Assembly: GCA_002269645.1 (NCBI GenBank)
Contig: NIVC01000884.1
Span: 62,001-126,000 of the forward strand
From: Macrostomum lignano
Lineage: Eukaryota
DNA length: 64,000 nucleotides
Direction of reading: 5' to 3'
Part shown: positions 58,361-64,000 of the stretch, piece after piece
Layout: each line of letters begins with the position of its first letter
How positions within the stretch are numbered: the first letter of the stretch is position 1
Made by a program: the position numbers and the translations under genes
Notes under the pieces: generated by a model
Told to the model about the DNA's origin: nothing
The model's database searches: none
The model's input: only the letters and a program-made list of their open reading frames with translations

Positions 58361-60546
58361 GCATGTCTGTTGCAGATCCCCAATCTCGCCCCTGCAGCGA
58401 GCGCGGCTGCCTGGAGCACGTGCGGCAGCGCGGCCTGACCTGCCTGCAGATATTCGGCGTAGACAACATCCTCACGCGGGTGGCCGACCCCGATTTCATC
58501 GGCTTCTGTCTGGACAAGCGGGCAGAGATGGGCGCTAAAATAGTGGAGAAGACCAGCCCGCTGGAGCGGGTTGGCGTCGTCACCCTTGGCAGCGATGGCG
58601 CCTATCGTGTAGTGGAGTATTCGGAGATCAGCCCCTCGGCTGCATCGCGAGCTGATCCGGCCTTCCCGGACCGGCTGCTGCTGCGGGCTGGCAACATCTG
58701 TCAGCACTTCCTCACCGCTGACGGACTGGCCAAGGCCTGCCAGCCGGAGTACGAGACCCGGATGCGGTATCACGCCGCAGTGAAACGGGTGCCCTACTGC
58801 GATCCGGACACTGGCAGTCTGATTGACAGTCCGCCAGCTGAGAATGCTATCAAATTGGAGAAGTTCGTGTTCGATGTATTTCCCTTTGCTGGGCCTAAGT
58901 TTGTCGTCTGGGAGGTGCCCAGGTGAGTTTCTGCTGGTTTACGGAGATAGAGGAGTGAGAGTTGCAATCATAAGGAGTGAGAGTTGCAGTCATGAGGAGT
59001 GAGAGTTGCAATCGTAGAGTGAGAGTTGCAATCGTAGAGTGAGAGTTGCAATCGTAGAGTGAGAGTTGCAATCGTAGAGTGAGAGTCGCAATCGTAGAGT
59101 GAAAGTTTCAATCGTGGGGAGTGAGAGTTGCAATCGTGGGGAGTGAGAGTTGCAATCGTGGGGAGTGAGAGTTGCAATCGTGGGGAGTGAGAGTTGCAAT
59201 CATGGGGAGTGAGAGTTGCAATCGTAGAGTGAGAGTCGCAATCGTAGAGTGAAAGTTTCAATCGTGGGGAGTGAGAGTTGCAATCGTGGGGAGTGAGAGT
59301 TGCAATCATGGGGAGTGAGAGTTGCAATCGTAGAGTGAGAGTTGCAATCATGGGGAGTGAGAGTTGCAATCGTAGAGTGAAAGTTTCAATCGTGGGGAGT
59401 GAGAGTTGCAATCATGGGGAGTGAGAGTTGCAATCGTAGAGTGAGAGTTGCAATCATGGGGAGTGAGAGTTGCAATCGTAGAGTGAAAGTTTCAATCGTG
59501 GGGAGTGAGAGTTGCAATCGTAGAGTGAGAGTTGCAATCATGGGGAGTGAGAGTTGCAATCATGAGTAGTAAGAGTTGCAATCATGAGTAGTAAGAGCTG
59601 CAATCGTAGAGTAAGAGTTGCAATCGTGGGGAGTGAGAGTTGCAATCGTAGAGTGAGATTTGCAATCATGGGGAGTGAGAGTTGCAATCGTGGGGAGTGA
59701 GAGTTGCAATCATGGGGAGTGAGAGTTGCAATCGTGGGGAGTGAGAGTTGCAATCATGGGGAGTGAGAGTTGCAATCGCAGGGTGAGAGTTGCAATCATG
59801 GGGAGTGAGAGATGCGATCGCAGAGTGAGAGTTGCAATCATGGGGAGTGAGAGTTGCAATCGCAGGGTGAGAGTTGCAATCATGGGGAGTGAGAGATGCG
59901 ATCGCAGAGTGAGAGTTGCAATCATGGGGAGTGAGAGATGCGATCGCAGAGTAAGAGTTGCAATCATTTGGAGTGAGAGTTGCAATCATGGGGAGTGAGA
60001 GTTGCAATCGCAGGGTGAGAGTTGCAATCATGGGGAGTGAGAGATGCGATCGCAGAGTGAGAGTTGCAATCATGGGGAGTGAGAGATGCGATCGCAGAGT
60101 AAGAGTTGCAATCATTTGGAGTGAGAGTTGCAATCGTAGGGAGTGAGAGTTGCAATCGTAGATTGAGAGTTGCAATAATGAGGAGTGAGAGTTGCAGTAA
60201 AAGAGAGGGAGACTTGAAATCAAAGCGATAGGAAACGCAATCGCCTCCCCCCCCCCACAGAGAGTCGGAGTTCTCGCCTCTAAAGAACGGACCCAGCGCC
60301 AGCAGCGAGTGTCCGAACACCTGCCGCCGCGACCTGCTGGCCCTGCACTCCACCTGGCTCAGTGCCAGTGACACTTTCCAGGCCTTCTTGCAGCAGAATT
60401 CGAAAACCGATGCCTCATCAACCGAGGTTGAGGTTTCTCCGTTGCTAAGCTATTCGGGTGAGGACTTGGCTAACCGGTCGGACTGGCAGGAACAGGTGCG
60501 GTCTGGCGGCATCACATTTCATTCGACTGACACTTCATCTTCATAG
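50111..60546 (+). CDS. uap1: UDP-N-acetylhexosamine (UDP-GlcNAc/GalNAc) pyrophosphorylase
   Basis: Exons 50111-50337, 51796-51966, 52515-52835, 58398-58922, 60261-60546, all introns phase 2. Motifs [92 protein letters not shown]. Confidence 0.95.
50655..51770. repeat. 31-bp minisatellite (aatctgtcatgatctatctgccatcctttag)
   Basis: Fills uap1 intron 1. Confidence 0.95.
52030..52358. repeat. 34-bp minisatellite (gacaggtatggtaagagtgacagactggtgggag)
   Basis: uap1 intron 2. Confidence 0.9.
52849..58362. repeat. ~5.5-kb compound (TCTG)n/(CCTG)n microsatellite
   Basis: Occupies essentially all of uap1 intron 3. Confidence 0.98.
58949..60196. repeat. ~20-23-bp minisatellite (gagtgagagttgcaatcgt/catggg)
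   Basis: Fills uap1 intron 4. Confidence 0.95.
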
Positions 60547-60759
60547 CCTCTCTAGACTGGGTTTTATGTCTGCTTTGTTTGATTTTTAGTTTCAAAATAT
60601 TTATTAGCAATTTTTAAAAACTGATTTTAAACGGCTTAGAGTCTGCATTGTTGTTATGTTCTTGCTTTAGAGTCTTAATTGCCTGCATATTTAACACCTG
60701 CTTGAACACCTGTCTAATAAACCCAAATAACATAACATTAATAAATAACAAGAATCGGC

Positions 60760-60960
60760 TCTGACCAAGCCATAAAAATCGCCTCTGACCAAGCCATAAG
60801 AATCGCCCCCCTGACCAAGCCATAAGAATCGCCCCCTGACCAAGCAATAAGAATCGCCCCCTGACCCAGCCATAAGAATCGCCTCTGACCCAGCCATAAG
60901 AATCGCCTCTGACCCAGCCATAAAAATCACCTTTGACCCAGCCATAAAAATCGCCCCTGA
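60760..60960. repeat. ~24-26-bp minisatellite (ctgacccagccataagaatcgccy)
   Basis: Direct inspection. Confidence 0.85.
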
Positions 60961-61527
60961 CAAAACGGAATGACTCATCAAACCCCCATTTTGTTCAGCA
61001 TTATTTTTATATTCAAGAATTCCCCAAAAGCCCGTTGTTCGAGGGCAACAATCCATACTTAATTGGCTGTCTACTCCAAAATATTGTTGTCACAAGCATT
61101 TTCTGTGTGGTGATGACCTCTAATAACCGGAAGTGTTTTTAATGAAGCAGAAATTAGCCACACTGATTAACCATGTCACTGCTTTTGCGTAATTGTGGTT
61201 AAACAATGCACTAACAATTGCCTTCCCCGTGACTCAAATGTCAAACACTAGATTAAATAATTGCCAATATATATTCATATAGACAAATTAAAAGGTTTGA
61301 ATATAATTGATCTGATTTTTCACATTGTTGATTTCTAAATTGTTAACTGTTGGAATTGGGTTTCTTATTGACTTGAGTTCGTTACGTTTTGTACAGTAGT
61401 GTCATACCCGCTATCGAATGAAGTCAGTGTCAACCATGCAGAAACATGGTCATACATGCAGATTCGAGTTCACTGCCCCAGCATGAGCACAATGCACGAG
61501 TGTAGCAAGGGTCTTTTGGCGGGAAGA

Positions 61528-61528
61528 G

Positions 61529-61598
<70 letters not shown>

Positions 61599-61603
61599 AA
61601 TCG

Positions 61604-61675
<72 letters not shown>

Positions 61676-61716
61676 GTCTGTCTATCTATCGATCTATCTA
61701 TCTATCTATCTATCTA

Positions 61717-61778
<62 letters not shown>

Positions 61779-61803
61779 GATCTATCTGTCTATCTATCTA
61801 TCG

Positions 61804-61838
<35 letters not shown>

Positions 61839-61892
61839 GATCTATCTGTCTATCTATCTATCTATCTATCTATCTATCGATCTATCTGTCTG

Positions 61893-61979
<87 letters not shown>

Positions 61980-61984
61980 GTCTG

Positions 61985-62048
<64 letters not shown>
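61528..62048. repeat. (TCTA)n/(TCTG)n microsatellite
   Basis: Direct inspection. Confidence 0.95.
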
Positions 62049-62751
62049 TAAGGCCATGTTTGCTAAATTTGTCAAACTTTGTTTGATTTTCATAATCAAT
62101 GAAAAACCCACGACATCAAAGTTACGAGACTGAGCGGCCCATCCCAAAACTCAGATTACATGCACCTCTAGTCTTGTAATTCCTGCTCAGACAGCAGATG
62201 CATGCGCATGCTCATAGTTTTCTGCCTCGCGTATTCTATTTTAAAAGAACTTCTTTCTGGCGTGAGGTCGTTTTTGTGCTAGCAGCAGGTTGGGGACAAA
62301 ATTTTTTGTAAGTACGTCTATCAGGGGTTAACTGGAGGGCAAAGTACTGTGTGATACCATGTCCTTTTGCCTGGCTTCACCTACTACCGTAGACTGCACT
62401 TGAGTTTTCTGTAAAACTTCTGAAATTTCTGGCCAGTTGATGGCCAGTTTAAATAGAGTTTTGGCCATAGAGAGCTTGTTGTACCGGTTGAGCAGCACTT
62501 ATATTCGGTTAAGCTTCCCTATTTTTATATTTATTTCGTTCTCAAATATCTCAGCAGCTCAAAACGTGACCGTCCTTTGGGTGTTACGGATTTGAAAATT
62601 TCTCACATGAAAGTTCGATTTCATGCCGCGCTTTCAAACAGAAGCTAGGGATACGAGCTAGCAGGGAGAACTCATGTTATTTAGTTTTTTGTTGTTTTGC
62701 ATGGGCCCTTGAGCACTTCTGAAAATCAATACGACAGTCCCGTTCCACTGA

Positions 62752-63470
62752 ACCCAGTGGGTGTCCATGAACATATTGAGTGTCCATGAACATATTGAGT
62801 GTCCATGAACATATTGAGTGTCCATGAATCCATTGGGTGTCCATGAACCCATTGGGTGTCCATGAACATATTAAGTGTCCATGAATCCATTGGGTGTCTA
62901 TGAACATATTGAGTGTCCATGAATCCATTGAGTGTCCATGAACCCATTGGGTGTCTATGAACCTATTGAGTGTCCATGAACCCATTGGGTGTCCATGAAC
63001 ATTTGGGTGTCCATGAATCCATTGGGTGTCCATGAACATATTAAGTGTCCATGAATCCATTGGGTGTCTATGAACCTATTGAGTGTCCATGAACCCATTG
63101 GGTGTCTATGAACCTATTGAGTGTCCATGAACCCATTGGGTGTCCATGAACATATTAAGTGTCCATGAATCCATTGGGTGTCCATGAACATATTAAGTGT
63201 CCATGAATCCATTGGGTGTCTATGAACCTATTGAGTGTCCATGAACCCATTGGGTGTCTATGAACATTTGGGTGTCCATGAATCCATTGGGTGTCCATGA
63301 ACATATTAAGTGTCCATGAATCCATTGGGTGTCTATGAACCTATTGAGTGTCCATGAACCCATTGGGTGTCTATGAACCTATTGAGTGTCCATGAACATA
63401 TTGAGTGTCCATGAACCCATTGGGTGTCCATGAACATTTGGGTGTCCATGAATCCATTGGGCGTCCATAA
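62752..63470. repeat. 19-bp minisatellite (gtgtccatgaacccattgg)
   Basis: Direct inspection. Confidence 0.95.
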
Positions 63471-63880
63471 ACCCATATTTCTAATTGTTTTCTCTCATTT
63501 AGACGGCTGCAATGAGCTCAAAAGCAGAACCTTATAAGTACAATGCATCAAGTGTTTTTTGGATACTAGTAGATTTCTATCCCAACATAAAATCAGATTA
63601 AAATCTCAGAACTCCAGCTGCTGGTCTGCTTTCACCTCTTGAGCAGTGGCCCGCCCTCTATTGGCCAGTTAAAACACACGATGAGACAGGGGGGGGTGGG
63701 CAGCGTTTTCCCATTTAAACACAAAAAATTTAAATTTGATAGCCTTATTTATTCCTGAATTTTAAAGAATCGTTCAATAATTGAAAAAACTTCAATAACT
63801 TTGTAGAGATGGGTAAGTATGTTATAGAGAAGTTACTTTTCAAATTTGTAATTCCTATTTTGTCAACATAGGATTTTCGT

Positions 63881-64000
63881 GGATGTGTTATCAAAACTGG
63901 ATTGTCAGGGATGTGTTGTCAAAACTGGATTGTCATGGATGTGTTGTCAAAACTGGATTGTCAGGGATGTGTTATCAAAACTGGATTGTCATGGATGTGT
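63881..64000. repeat. 28-bp minisatellite (ggatgtgttgtcaaaactggattgtcak), running off the window
   Basis: Direct inspection. Confidence 0.85.

Noticed and set aside
52836-58375. 1,100-1,577-aa Cys/Leu/Ser/Val-rich ORFs
   Set aside because: (TCTG)n microsatellite in uap1 intron 3. Only the part from 58398 is real coding sequence.
58363-58397. ORF-track peptide ADPQSRPCS as part of UAP1
   Set aside because: It is phase-incompatible with the upstream exon, and homolog spacing favours the acceptor at 58397.

Overview
Eukaryotic (metazoan) genomic DNA with GC-rich exons and introns packed with micro- and minisatellites. The style suggests a flatworm such as Macrostomum, but that is inference only. 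I reconstructed four spliced genes by hand, all on the + strand. (1) 1724-~20657: a 16-17 exon, 12-TM adenylyl-cyclase-family protein that has lost most catalytic residues and is a predicted pseudo-cyclase. (2) 25441-37543: a neuregulin/Vein-type EGFR ligand (signal peptide, NtA-like, Ig, EGF, TM, cytoplasmic tail) with two phase-matched, apparently mutually exclusive TM exons. (3) 40707-43243: a 379-aa protein with a CIDE-N-like domain. (4) 50111-60546: UAP1, a UDP-N-acetylhexosamine pyrophosphorylase. Non-coding structure includes a ~2-kb foldback element (46702-48696), a nested palindromic MITE-like element (45253-46021), two tRNA-headed CORE-like SINEs, a 206-bp solo-LTR-like insert with a 5-bp TSD, a ~170-bp inverted repeat pair, a telomere-like 11-mer satellite and more than 30 tandem arrays. 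Most long ORFs in the supplied track are artefacts of these satellites. No prokaryotic features or CRISPR arrays were found. All homology calls come from remembered family consensus motifs, not from database searches.
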